Shown here: piece after piece, positions 6,944-7,360 of the stretch
Layout: every line of letters starts with the position of its first letter
Numbering within the stretch: the stretch's first letter is position 1
Made by a program: the position numbers and the translations under genes
Notes under the pieces: generated by a model
What the model was told of the DNA's origin: nothing
The model's database searches: none
Seen by the model: only the letters and a program-made list of their open reading frames with translations
From: Amoeboradix gromovi X-113
Lineage: Eukaryota; Fungi; Sanchytriomycota
Assembly: GCA_018985225.1 (NCBI GenBank)
Contig: JADGIF010000512.1
Span: 1 to 7,360 of the forward strand
Direction of reading: 5' to 3'
DNA: 7,360 nucleotides

Positions 6944-7360
6944 ATGTCCCGTATAAGCTTGGGATTCCCAAATCAATTTGAATTCACATCGCATAAATCT
7001 GCAGATGAACTCGAGGATAGTGACATACCAAGTTTGCCCATCTTTACAGAAAAAATATTTGATGATATGCTACTTTGTAAAACAATCGAAGAGTATTTAA
7101 AAGATATAAACAATGTAATGGAGTCTGCAAAGTATCAAGAGTTTTCAAAAAGATCTCCTTACCATCTTGGTAGTAATTATGAGAATAAAAACAGTCTTTG
7201 AAAAGTTGTTCGCAGGGTAACATACAGAATTCGCACATTCTTTACTAAAAGTTATAAATCAGGCAGATTTTGTGAAAATGGCAATCATGACCCAGAAGCA
7301 CTCTGCGGGTCTTTGATTAAGCTCATTGAACTCTTTTATTTAGTCATAATCTTCACGACT
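6944..7360 (+). CDS. Possible 5' part of an unknown gene or pseudogene, running off the window
   Basis: ATG 6944 opens 85 codons (MSRISLGFPNQFEF...KNSL). After a single TGA (7199-7201) the same frame stays open for 53 more codons to the window end. No recognisable family. Confidence 0.35.

Noticed and set aside
7044-7238. 64-aa minus-strand ORF starting MCEFCMLPC
   Set aside because: Antisense to the more protein-like plus frame; the CxxC has no supporting context.
435-7360. Alternative genetic code (TAA/TAG=Gln or TGA=Trp) to explain in-frame stops at 6000-6392 and 7199
   Set aside because: Three long ORFs use only standard Gln and Trp codons, and PDI ends exactly at KEEL-TAA. Decay or splicing is simpler.

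Overview
AT-rich, gene-dense, intron-poor eukaryotic DNA in the standard genetic code; gene content suggests an early-diverging, possibly flagellated fungus or a protist (inference only). The left 5.9 kb holds three host genes: a protein disulfide isomerase (+, 435-1973, two CGFC active sites, KEEL tail), a prominin-like five-TM glycoprotein (-, ~2409-4913) and an unknown single-pass membrane protein (-, 5004-5864). The apparently empty stretch 5990-6910 is the most interesting part and is missed by the ORF track. It contains a 520-bp element bounded by 32-bp terminal inverted repeats (29/32 identical, with a possible AT target-site duplication). On the minus strand the element carries what reads as the decayed C-terminal part of a Fanzor/TnpB-type RNA-guided nuclease (GVDEY|YTSRK, CxxC, RD), followed by two hairpins at the element end where an omegaRNA scaffold is expected. 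It appears to sit at or in a second, more decayed Fanzor-like remnant (6000-6392). All Fanzor calls rest on manual translation and motif recognition; no searches were run.
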